DNA of 64,000 bases, taken from Nageia nagi. Lineage: Eukaryota; Plantae; Pinophyta. The translations under genes and the position numbers were made by a program. Below the pieces are notes generated by a model. That model had not been told where the DNA came from. It saw nothing but the letters and a program-made list of their open reading frames with translations, and made no database searches. Below, piece after piece: positions 51,953-64,000 of this stretch; positions within the stretch are counted from its first letter, which is position 1; every line of letters starts with the position of its first letter. The stretch covers positions 144,708,001-144,772,000 of the forward strand of contig JBITNC010000001.1 of NCBI GenBank assembly GCA_050084985.1, given 5' to 3'.

Positions 51953-52829
51953 ATATTTCATTTCTTTTACCTCTTAAACTTCATTAGCATAACCAATGTT
52001 GGAGATGAAGCTTTGAAGTGATTACATGGGAGGCCTACATTAATTTTGAGGCCTATATTTCATTTGCTCTTATATATTCTTGAGGTCTTAAGGACTCAAG
52101 AAGGCTTCTCATGTAGTACATATTGTACCTAAGATTTTCAAAGGGTGTTTGACTTTAATTTTGTAAGTACATAGTTGACAAAGAGACAATCTTACAAATA
52201 TAAAAAAGTATGAACTTTTTTATTAACTGTAATCAAATTACACCTAGATAGGTTTTAGATTCCTTTATATTTCATATATTTTTTATTTTATTCCATTTAC
52301 TAGACATAAAATAAATTTGAGACCAGTACATGAGATACAAAATTTTAAAATATGTTATGCTAACTCCTAGTTGTTATGAATTCTATAGAAAATAAGAAAA
52401 CAAATCCACACTACAACATTAGGTTTTATTACCATGCTATTTAAAAACTCTTTTTCAATCATTACATTTCATGATTTTTTTTGTATATATTATCATATTA
52501 TTAAATAAAACACTTGATTCTTAATGGTCATGTTTGTTAGGGATATTAAAATAATTATTTACAAAAGAAACCACATCTAGTTATTTATCCACGAATGTCC
52601 ATGCTCTATTTTTAAAGCTACATAAGTTACACATAAATATCCATGCCCAATTTTAAAGCTGTAAAAGTTGCAAACAAAGGAAAAATACTTGCAAAAGTTA
52701 TTGAATCTATTATAAAACCATCTAATTGTATTTTTTGAAAACCCTTGAAAGAGCACACAAGCCTTCTCATGAAAACCATTATGTGATTATAGTCATTATA
52801 TATATGCAAAATAACATAATAATAAAAGA

Positions 52830-55800
52830 TGAAAGAATATAATGTTCCATGGTTTGAATATTCAAATTTTGACATCAGTAATCACCAACTATTTTATCTT
52901 TTCTACCTCTTGCCAATGACTATTACTAGATTACTATTTAACTACCCACTTGAATTTCAATTGTAGGCATGGAGTTGGCAATTTAATTCTCTCAATCTAA
53001 TCTTTCTATGATTATGGCTTCTTCCACTATAAATGATGGGTGTCCATATTGTTTTGTTGATATACTTATTGTCAGACTTACGAAGTCCCTTACATGCAAT
53101 TTACATACTCAAAAAATATTATAGGTATATATTTATTATAATAGTGTATTAATTCTTGTATTGTATCATTCAACAATTGAAATAGCAAGTGATATTAATC
53201 TACTATGCTTCTTTGTGGCTATGTGGTGTGTTTCTACCTCTATGCATGTATGTATGAGAAAAAACTTATAGATATTTTCATAGAGGATTTAGAGAAAAGA
53301 AAATATAATAATTATATATTTGGTGGAATTTTAAATATGTGGATATTCATTAGTCTTATATTTTGTGCATTCATTCAAGAGTTATTTATGGTTCTCTCAA
53401 ACAACCCCTTTTTCAAATCATTGTCTTCTAGAGGCTATAAATTTCATTCTAGACATCATTTTGATGTGATTCATATTTTTTAGATAATTTTCTAACCATA
53501 TATAACATATCATACTTTATTAGCATATCACACTCAAAATATATGATTTTATGACATGCACTTACATAGTCCTATTCAGTAAACCCCATGAAGTTTTTCA
53601 CTTCCATCTGAGTTTTGACCTATGTATTATTCTATATATATCCCAAAAATTTTACCATTATGTATTTATTTTCAATACCTTTGCAATGTTATATTAAAGT
53701 TTATTCCTTGGGTAACATTTGACATGATTCACCTTAATTTTTGTGACCATAGATAACTAGTTTCATACTAGATCCAAATTTTATCTCTATATAGGACCCA
53801 AATTTTAGATTTCTTATCTATTTTGGACTTAGATTTAGTATTATTGGTGTCATGTTTAAAAAAACCTTGGTATAATATAATATTATCCATATATATTCCC
53901 CAAAAAATTCATTGTATCTTCTTAGGCAATAATATCTACCCTAGAAACTCCACTATACATTCCCAAATCACTATTATGACCCTAGATCCTTCTAAATCTT
54001 GATTTGGTATTAGAGTAGGTATTTTTATTGGGTTAAAATGGATTAAAAAAGTGTATCTATAGTGTAGTTATAGAAAATTGTATTTAATGGTGAACATTTT
54101 GAATATTTAAGTATTCAAATGAAAACTTTTCTCATCTCTCAAGACCTATGGAGTCCTGTTTCAAAGGGTTATGTAAAACCTAATGATACAACCTTTACAA
54201 CACTTATAATAGATGAGAAAAAGTATATTTGAGAGAATATAAATAACCATTCAAAATATCTATTTTCCATATAGAGTGGGATAGATTTGTCTATGTTTCC
54301 CAAAATTGGAGAACACAAATAATCCAAGGAAGTATGGGAGAATCTTGAAAGTACCTAAAAGGGATATTTAAAGGTAAGAGTAGCTAAGGTTCAAATATTA
54401 TGTAGGGATTTTTAATCCTTAAAAATGCATTATGATGAGATATAGGAGGTCTTTATAACTAGACTTTTAGATTTGGTTAATGCCATTCATTCACATGGTG
54501 AAGCACTATATGATACTACAATCTTGGAGAATGTATTGAGAAGCCTTATAGTTTTTTTTAATCCTATCACCATTTCTATTGAGGAGGATAAGGACTTATA
54601 TTAGCTCACTCTAGTTGAGTTACTTGGAATATTTTAAACATATGAGCATAAGATTAGAGATAGATCAAATAATCTTGATCAATCCTTCCAAGGTAATTAG
54701 TTAAAAATGAATAACTAGCCATCAAGCTATAAGGAGTATACAACTACCAGTTCATCATCTACATCAAGAGGCTATGGAAGAAGTCACAATAGATGCTGTC
54801 ATAGAGAAAGAGGCAAGTCAAATATAGAAAATCAAAATTAAACCCATAGACATTATGACTAATGTAGACAAGATGGTCATATTGAGAAAAAATGCTTCAA
54901 GAAAAGTAATCAGTAAAAATCCAACTATAGTGAAGAACAAGATGATACTAATCTCTTTCTTAATAAAAAAAATTTGAATATCTTGATTATAATATTTGGT
55001 ACCTTGATAGTGTATGTTCAAATCATATAATTGGGAATAAGAACTTGTTTTTAAAACTTGAAGAGTGTGCTAGTAGAAAGTCAAGTTTGGTGACAACAAT
55101 TAGGTGCGCATTGTTGGTAAAGGAATAATTACCTTAAAAAAAAAGAAAATGAAGATTATTTATATGCATGATACATTATATATTCTTTGATTGAAACATA
55201 ATCTCTTGAGCATTAGTCAATTATGTTTGAGAAACTATAAAGTAGTTTTCATAAAGAAGAGCTACAAAATCACAAATGAGACCAATAATCAAGTAGTTTT
55301 TATTATTCTCATGTTTGAGAATATAATGTATATGTTAAAAATACAACTGACTACAAATTATTTTAAGATCATAATTAATAGTGCATGGTTATGGCATAAG
55401 AGGTTTCCAAACCTAAATTTTAACTCATTAGGTGGGATTATGAAAGGTCTATCTACATTTTCACATCCTTTAAATACTTTATGTTAAAGTTGTATTTTTG
55501 GGAAACAACAATGAGAGAAGTTTCCAACACTTTGATAGAAAGTTCACCTTATAAGAAGAAAAGGATCACTAAGGATTATCCATAATCTCAAATGTTATAT
55601 GAAGATTTTACTAGACTAATCATATGATAATAATTAAATGGATGTGATCAAATTATCAACTATGCCTTGATGTCATATTCAATTTTTGAACCTTCCAACT
55701 TCAAATAAGCAACACAAAATAAATATTGGAGAAAGCTATGGAAGATGAAATAGACAAAATCTAAAATAATGACTCTTGGGAGCTTGTCTATGCTCTAAAA

Positions 55801-58428
55801 GGTAATAACATCATTGATGTCAAGTGCATTTACAAGCTAAAGTATAATATTGATGTAAATATCACCAAATATAAAGCATACTTAGTGGAAAAAATTATGC
55901 TTAGAAAGAAGGTCTATATTATAGAGAGACATTTGCACTAGTTGTAATACCTGAGATAATCAAATCTCTTCTAGCATTACCTTTCTATTTTGGTATTATT
56001 ATTTACCAAAAGTATGTGAAAGCAACCTTATTAAATGGATAATTGGAGGAATAAGTATACGTAGATCTTACATAAGTATTCAGCATTGTAGGCCATGAAG
56101 ATAAAGTGTATAGATTGAAGAATGCTCTTTATGGGCTCATACAAGCAGTTAGAGCTTGGTACTCTAGAATAGATACCTATTTACACTAAAATGGTCATCA
56201 AAGGTACTTAGTGGAAGACACATTATATACAAAGGTAATTGGATATAATTTCATCATCATTTATTTGTATGTTGATCATATTATCTTCATGAGTAATTCC
56301 CATATCTTATTGACACAATTTAAAATTGCATTGGTGAATGAGTTTGACATGAGTGATTTGGATGAAATAAAATATTTCCTTGTAATATAAATTAAACAAA
56401 CATCCAATGGTATTCTCATCACTCAAAAAAAGTATGTTGAATACCTTTTGGTTAGATTTTACTTGAATAATTGCAAAGCAGTTGCTACACCAATAGTTTT
56501 AAGTTTCAAATTGATGAAAGAGGATACTACTCTTGTTAATGCAACCTTATATAGGTCTCTAGTTGGTAACTTGATTTATCTCATAGCTATAATAATGAAC
56601 ATTATGTTTACAATGAGTTTGGTGGAAATATTCATTCATTCACCATATAAATCCCTTTGGAAAGCAACCAATAGAATTCTTCGCTATGTGAGTGGCATAA
56701 AAACTTAATCTATGGTATAAAATAACTAATTATGATAATATTGAAGCATACATAAATCCTCATTGGGATAAAATTATTGATAACTAGAAAATCATATTTT
56801 GATATGCTTTCTTCTTTGGTGAATCATTAGTTTTATGGAGCAATAAGAAGAAACATATAGTTACTCTATCTAATGTTATGATAAAATATATGGTAGCCTC
56901 CTTTTCTTGCACTCAAGTTATTTGTATGGCTAGATTATTTGGAGAATTTGGAATGGAAATTACCCAACATATTATGATTCATTTTTATAACACCAACACT
57001 ATTTCCATGACAAATAATCCAATGTTTCACAATTGGAGCAAGTATTAAACATTCACCATCATTTTATGAGAGACTTGGTGAAGGATGGATTCATTGAATT
57101 CAAATTTTGTAAGTCTAATGATCAATTTGTAGGCATATTCACTAAAGCATTGATAAAAGAATGATTTCTCATTATCTATAATTGGATTAGGATTCAAACC
57201 ATTGAGATTAAGTGGAAGAATGAAAAAATATAATGTTCTATGGTTTTAATATTCAAATTTTGATATCATTAATCATCAAATTTTTTGTCTTGTATAACCT
57301 CCCACCAATGATTGTTATTGGATTAGTATTTAAAATACCCACTTTAATTTCAATTGCAATAATGTATTTTATATTTCAATTCTCTTAATTTGGTATTGTT
57401 ATGATTAGATCTTATTTTGCTGTAAAGGATGGGTGTCCATAATATTTTGTTAACTTATTATGCACACACCATACTTGTTTTTAGAATTACAAAGTCCCTT
57501 ACACGCAAATTATTTACTCAATAAATATATAGGGATATTTTTTATTGTAATAGTGTATTCATTCTTGTATTGTATCATTCAACAATTGTAATAGTAAGAT
57601 ATATTACTCTACAACTCTTCTTTGTGGGTAGGTAGTGTGTTTCCACTTTTATATGTGTATGTATGATAAAACACTTATAGATATTTAAATAGAGGATTTG
57701 GAGTAAATCCAAGGTTATATTTATCTATTTTGTAGTATTTAAAGTGGGAGGGTATTCACTAGTTTTACATTTTGTGCATTCATTCAAGAGTTATATGTGG
57801 TTGTCTCAAACTACCCATTTTTTGATTAGTTTTCCTCTAGAGAATATAAATTTGGTTCTATACCTCCTTCTGATGTTATTCCTTTTGTTTTGGATATATT
57901 GTTGCAATACCTTTCCATACATATATAACATGCTATATTTTATTAGCATATCACACTTAGAATTCATGTTTTTCTTACATGTACTTACATAATCCTACTT
58001 AATAAACCCCATGAAGTTTTTCAATTATAGATTATTTTTGACCCATGTTTTATCCTCTATATAGCCTAAAATTATCACAAATAGATAATACTTTTCAATA
58101 CCTTTTTAATGGTATATAATTCACTCTATAATTTATGTAACATTTACCATGATTCGTCTAAGTTTCTATGATCATATATAATCAGTTTCATACTTGAACC
58201 AAATTTTGTCTCTACATAGGACCCAAATTTTAGATTTTGTATATATTATAAACTTGGATTTAGTATTAATGATATAATCTTAAAAAAGCCTTGGGTTCTA
58301 TACAATATTTTCCATACTATCTTCCCCAAAATCTTAATTATATGTTCCTAGGCCATAATATCTACCTTGAAAACTTCATTATATGGTTCCAAATCACTAT
58401 ATTGACCTCAAAATCTTCTAAATTTTGA
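52830..58428 (+). mobile_element. Copia-3: decayed Ty1/copia element with ~1.2-kb LTRs and a deleted integrase core
   Basis: LTRs 52830-54002 and 57221-58428. PBS TGGTATTAGAGT at 54005; PPT ATTAAGTGGAAGAA. gag, protease, LKHNLLSISQL and AWLWHKRF, then RT and RNase H. TSD AAAGA/AGAGG. Confidence 0.92.
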
Positions 58429-58439
58429 AGAGGGTACTT

Positions 58440-58730
58440 GAAAATCATCCTAATAGAACCTAAGAGGATGATTTTGATTGCCCTCATATTGATACAACAT
58501 GATGAGTATGTTTTGGAATTTTTATGATGTCTTATAGAGGATGGTTTATAATCACCCTAAAATACTTAATAATGTAGTTTATAATCACCCTAAAATACTC
58601 TTAGTAAATAGGTTTTAATCATCATCATAGTGATAAATGAAGGTAGTTTTGTGAGATGGTTTATAATCACCCTTATATGGTGTTAATTTTTTAATGATTC
58701 CTTGATAGATGAGGATTGAATAATCATCAT
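58440..58730. repeat. Cluster of (GGTTT)ATAATCACCCT motifs in both orientations; also at 48119-48175 and ~42391
   Basis: At least five motif variants visible; resembles subterminal repeats of an old DNA transposon. Confidence 0.5.
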
Positions 58731-58779
58731 GAAAGGTATTTAAATTTTGTTAAAAAATATCATAAAATATATTTTTTGG

Positions 58780-61660
58780 TGTAGTATCACAAAGATTATG
58801 CAAGGTAAATTTTCTTATCCTATAAATGAAAAACCTATGATTCCTATGGCAAAGGAAGAAGGAGGAGCTTCTAAGTCTAGTTTATTACCTTTGGTAGCTA
58901 ACCCATTTGAGTTGGAGATGAAGTTGTACATACCAATATACAAAAGAGATTTGGATTTTAAATGTTATATGGCTAGCTGAAATAATAGGAGGTCTACTTA
59001 AGTACCAAGAATTATATAAAGCCCTAAAAAATGAGTGTTGCTAGACTCAAGATTGGAGGTCACACTCTCACATGATGGGAGGCATATGTTGATGGTTTGG
59101 TTCTATATATATATAAACATGGACATAATATTTTTGCTACACTAATAGATTAATTCTATCCTATTGGTTACTAAGAGATGATGGAGGAGAGGTGTTAATT
59201 TTTGAGGCAGAATATTCAAGACTATACCATTGAGTTTAAAACCATGCAATGATATTGAATATTAGTTTGCAAGACTTAACTATTTTGAATAAGTACAAGG
59301 GAGGTTTGCTTTATCACACTATAACAAATCTTACACTTTTCAATGTATTAAGCATATGCAAGGCATGTGCTAAAGCAATATACTTAGAGATGAAGAGAAA
59401 GAGACCAATAAAAAATAAAATACCTTAAATTAAATTAGTACTACCAAATATATAGGAAAAGGTAAGGATCCTAATAAAAATCAGATTAAGAAATCTTCTA
59501 AAATGGTGCAAAAATATGTAAAGCACTATACTCATTATGATGTAGATAGAAACATGAATGAAAAGTATTAGAAGTTGCATATAGAAAAGAAACCCTAATG
59601 CTTGAAAAAAGATAAAAGGAAATCAACTAATGTGCGTTAGGAAGATGAGGATTATGTTAGGACTACAAAAGTTGAAGAGAATTTGGTTTACATGACCTAG
59701 CAAGGGTAAAAGAAGCTCCAAAATTTAGATAAGCCCAAGTTTAAGTCCCAAAGGAGAAGTTAATTTCAAAGGCTAGAAAGAAAGAATTATTCTAGGTATA
59801 TATCCAAATAAAAATGACAAACATAGTCTCATCGTATGAATTTGGATCAAAGAAAAATCTAATCTCAAATAAATTAGTACAATAATTGGGATTGGAGGTA
59901 AAACATCATATTCAACCTTATCCCTTATGATAGCTTCATAAGGATGTTGAGATGTAGGTTACTAAGAAATGCATATTAGAGTATTCTATTGACAATAAAT
60001 TTAAAGATAAAGTAACTTATGATATTATGCCTCTAAATATATGTCATATGCTCTTTTGTAGTCCATATTTATGGAAAAGAGATGTTACTTTCTATAAAAG
60101 GTTGAACCAATTATGGTTGGTGTAAGATGAAAAGGGATTTGTAATTCTTTCCTATAAATGGTAGAAAATATTTCAAATGGTTACTACTCAATAAGAAAAA
60201 TGTATGATGCATGCTAGCAAGAGGTTTGTACTTCTTATGGTGAAAGATGTAGAAGAAGACTTGTAAATATATGAATATGAAGTGGATGTAGTTTATTACA
60301 ATCCCAAGAAAAAGGAAAGCTAAATAAGTTAATCTAGGAATTCTAGGAAGTTATGAAGAGACCTCGTGGTATACCACTAAAGAGAGAGATGTAACATGAG
60401 ATTGAACTATTGTTGGATTCACCTGTATCAAATATTGGTTTATGTTGGTAGTCAATATTAGGGTTTGATAATGTGAAGGGGAAATTCTAATAATTTTTGT
60501 ATTAAGGTCTTATGAGGCTTAACATATCATCAACATGTTATCAAATTATTTTGGTTCTAAATAAGGATGGGATGTGGAGGATGTGCATTGAATATCAAGC
60601 ACTAAATTAAATCATTATAAAAATAGGTAACTAATTTCTCACATTGATGGTTTAATTGATCATTTTATTTATGTAAAATACTTCACCAAGCTAGATTTAT
60701 AATATAGTTTTCATAAAATTCAAATGAAGATATTTGGAAAATAAACTTCAAAATAAAATAGGATCTTTTTGAATGGTTGGTCATGTTATTCAAATTGACC
60801 AATGCTCATGCAATCTTCATGAGGATGGTGAATGATGTACTACATCCAATATTATATGTGTACATCAATATTTTTGGATGCTATTTTGGTTTATAGTTAA
60901 TCTTGGGAGGAACATATATAACACTTGAGAGATTCATTGAATATTTTACAACATATTTAATTAAAATAAAATCTCAAGAAGTATGAGTTTGGTAGGAATT
61001 CACTAGTTTATTTGGGCCATGCAATTGGTAGAGTAGAAATATGTATTAACCTAGCCATGGTCATATCCATATAAGAGTGTCCAAGGCTAAGAACTCAAGT
61101 TAAGTTGAAAGGATTGATAGGAGCAATTCGATATTTGAGGAACTTCATTAAAAATTCGGACATGTTGCACCACTATTGAAATTGCTCTAGAAAAATAAAA
61201 GCATTATGTAGGGTAAATAAAAGGAATACATATTTTATAAGTTAAAGGATAAGGTTTACAATACACTTATTGTAGCCATGTTGGATGTGAGGATGCCTTT
61301 CAAAGTGGAGATTGATGCTTTAAGCCATGCAATGGGAGAAGTTTTATTCTAAGGAGGTAAGCCAATATGGTATCATTATGAGTTATTTGTAGAAGCTATT
61401 ATTAATTATACTACATTTATTAAATAATTATATTCTTTGGTATAAGAATTTAAGAAACAAATATATTATTTTGTGGGAAAAGAATTAGTAATTCATATTG
61501 ATTATAAAACATTGAAATATCTATAAGCACAAAGTAAATTGTAGAAGTTAAGAAATTTTAAATATATGGGTTTCTTCCAATAGTTTAATCTTTATATAAG
61601 GTATAAGAGAGGTAAAACTAATAAATTGTATGATATATTATCTAGAACTCTTACAAATCC
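58780..61660 (+). mobile_element. Heavily decayed CRM-like Ty3/gypsy gag-protease-RT-RNase H, no integrase or LTRs
   Basis: PFELEMKLYIPIY (gag), DGMWRMCIEYQALN and FEWLVMLFKLTNAHAIFMRMVN (RT), PFKVEIDALSHAMG (RNase H); ends after YDILSR at ~61648. Confidence 0.85.
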
Positions 61661-62753
61661 TAAATATTGATTTTACCTAATAAATAATATCTACTTTAAT
61701 AAATAAAATAATTAATAAAATAGGAAAAATTATCAATAATGAATCTCATAAGATGCAATGTATTTATGACTTGGACCTAATCAAATATGAATTAAAATTC
61801 ATTAAAAACCTATCATTTACCTATATTGAGTGGATCACAACCCATATATGTACCCAATAGGATCAATATAACTTGCTTTCAAAGTTTGTCCTACCTATCC
61901 ATAAAAATGTGGAACATCAATGCAACATAGTGCACTAGTGCACACGGTCTCCTTAACACTTGCTCTAAACTCAAGTTCATTATCAAGGTTTCCTACTTAA
62001 ATATTAGACATTAACTACAATATCATAAAGGAATGTAGTAAACAATGAGGGTGTAAATCTAGACTTGATAGGTGGTGCTGAGAAGCACTTATCAATAATA
62101 TGTTATGATTTCTTATTCAAGGTTAAAGTTATTATTTACATCACATCCTTCCTCCCTTTATAAATTAAGTTCCACCATCAACCAATACTCCTTGGCTAAC
62201 ACTCCTAGGAGTTATCACCATAAAAGTTAAAAAGGAGTGAAATTCTCTTTATTCAAGATATACACCTCAAATATAGCAATAAATATATTAAATCAATTAA
62301 TTTAATTAGATACATAAAATATGATTTTTAAATAAATAAAATTGAAATATAGGTATTTAAAGATCTTATCTTTAAATACTTTTTTACAAAATCAAGACAT
62401 AATGCAAGATTTATAAATATTATAGTTTATATTTCATTATAAATGGTACATATTTTATATATAATAGTTTATTAAGGACATGAGTCAAAATGTTTGTCTT
62501 CTTCCTTTAATAAAAAAGTATAAGATACTCATAAACTAACCAACTCACTCATTATACATACTATGTAACAATCCTAAAAACCCACTTATTACATCGATCT
62601 CTAAATGGGGATAATGTTCTACTTAATGAATTCATAGAGTAGTTCATCAAAACATAATATATGAGTAGGGATATACATATCTACTCATGATAAGCAATAG
62701 TATAACTTGCCTCAATATGATTATTAATTTAATCATGGATAGGGACACACTTA

Positions 62754-64000
62754 TGAAGGTTGAATTCATATTTGTGATGACAAATTCATCCCTAGGAGGA
62801 TCTATTTTACTGTATAATATTGATCTAAATTTACACCTTCATGGTTAGTTTGCTCTATGTAAGAAATTCATGGTACATTTTGTTTTATTATCACTATGTG
62901 AGGAATTAGTATGTGTTTGTTAGCACTATTTGGTTATCCATATGTGAGTAACTTATATATGCACATATACTTTTTTTGTTGTTGATCAACACATGTTTCT
63001 ATATAGAGTAGATGACTATAAGTATTAGATTGGCATATTCATGATGACTTATAATTCATCATTGATCAGTTTATAGATGGAATTACTTAGTTAATTTATA
63101 TTATGATTGATATGAATGTTATATGGTGCATCTAACTAATTTTGTTTATGAGCTTCTTGTAGCTTGCAGGTTTCATCTTGAGAGTGCAAGTTACTTATTT
63201 CATGTGAGCAGGCTCATGGAGGCTCATATGTCAACTCAGAGTTGATTAACTACACTTACAGTGAAACTAGTTGTGATTAATGATTGTATTTAAACCATTT
63301 TGTTAAATGGTCTTATAATGAGTCTCAAAATAAGATCTTGCTTATTTCTCAATGATGTAAAGTTCTCATCTTTGCTTGTATCTCTTTGGAGGAGAACTCT
63401 CTCTTACTCTCTCTTTCTTCTTATCTCTATGCTCTATCCCAATATTACATTAAGGGAGAGTGTTAGAATTTGTAATGTAATATTGTTTAATATTTCTCCT
63501 TAATGTAAATTCACTTAATACTTGAAGTATCATTAGATACCTTAAAATATTAAAGAAATAAAAATAGGATAATGATTAAAAATAGGTATGAGTTTAAAAA
63601 TAGGTAAATGATTAAAAATAGAAAAAAGATTAATTATAGAGTGTGTTTCTTCTTAAATAAAGAGAAAAACCCTCCCCTTCTCTAGTTACACAATTGTAAT
63701 GCAAGCTTTGTTATAGGTTTAGAATGAGAGAGAGAGAAGAGATTTTGTAAGAGAGGTCCTTGAGAATAAGAAGATCTTAGTTAGTGGACGCACTCTTAAA
63801 GAGGGAGGAACCACTTTATATCTTGTGTTATTTGTGTGATTGGCTTAGTTATTGTGTTGATGTTAAAATTGCCTTCTTGAGATCTTGAAAGATTAGAAGT
63901 TAATTCAGAAAGGGTTAATTTCTTCAAGTGGTATCAGAAATTTTCTTGGAGGCTTCTCTTCAGCATCTTTGAAGGTCCTTTCCACCTCTTTCTCCCTCTA
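62754..64000 (+). mobile_element. 5' end of a Copia-1-related element: long LTR 62754-63926, PBS 63929-63938, leader running off the window
   Basis: TGAAG...CTTCA inverted termini, followed by ag + TGGTATCAGA. Homologous to the reverse complement of 9808-11053 (with a divergent central block); post-PBS sequence resembles 17330-17393. Confidence 0.85.

Noticed and set aside
63461-63926. Shared middle LTR of a tandem three-LTR array (PPT before, PBS after)
   Set aside because: No pol lies upstream. Homology stops at the PPT1-defined TG and gives TGAAG/CTTCA termini, so a single long LTR is the simpler reading.
1-64000. CRISPR arrays, rRNA/tRNA genes, prokaryotic operons
   Set aside because: None seen; the DNA is eukaryotic, and the tRNA-like pieces are PBS motifs or the SINE head.

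Overview
AT-rich eukaryotic DNA from a large-genome land plant, probably a gymnosperm (inferred from the retrotransposon types and heavy methyl-C decay). The only host gene I can support is the first three coding exons of RPP30 (RNase P/MRP subunit p30, Arabidopsis GAF1 family) on the minus strand, 7933->5213; no fourth exon is recognisable in the window. Bases 1-4700 are non-coding, carry a tRNA-derived SINE with a 12-bp TSD, and show an intron-like base skew in the + direction. From ~8.8 kb to the end the window is almost all nested, decayed retrotransposons: three Ty1/copia elements, a truncated Reina-type chromovirus, a pol-less Ogre/Tat-type element with an antisense intron-containing plant-mobile-domain gene, a TR-GAG-like CRM-type element, a decayed CRM-type gag-pol and two large ORF-bearing LTR-like units. 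The most notable observations are: (1) one copia family appears to use two polypurine tracts and so occurs with a short (~0.49 kb) or a long (~1.17 kb) 5' LTR; (2) the same family has a putative 2.6-kb intron in its 5' leader; (3) another copia has TG...GA termini on both LTRs; (4) a ~4.3-kb solo-LTR-like unit contains a ~3.3-kb ORF remnant. All alignments and counts were done by eye.
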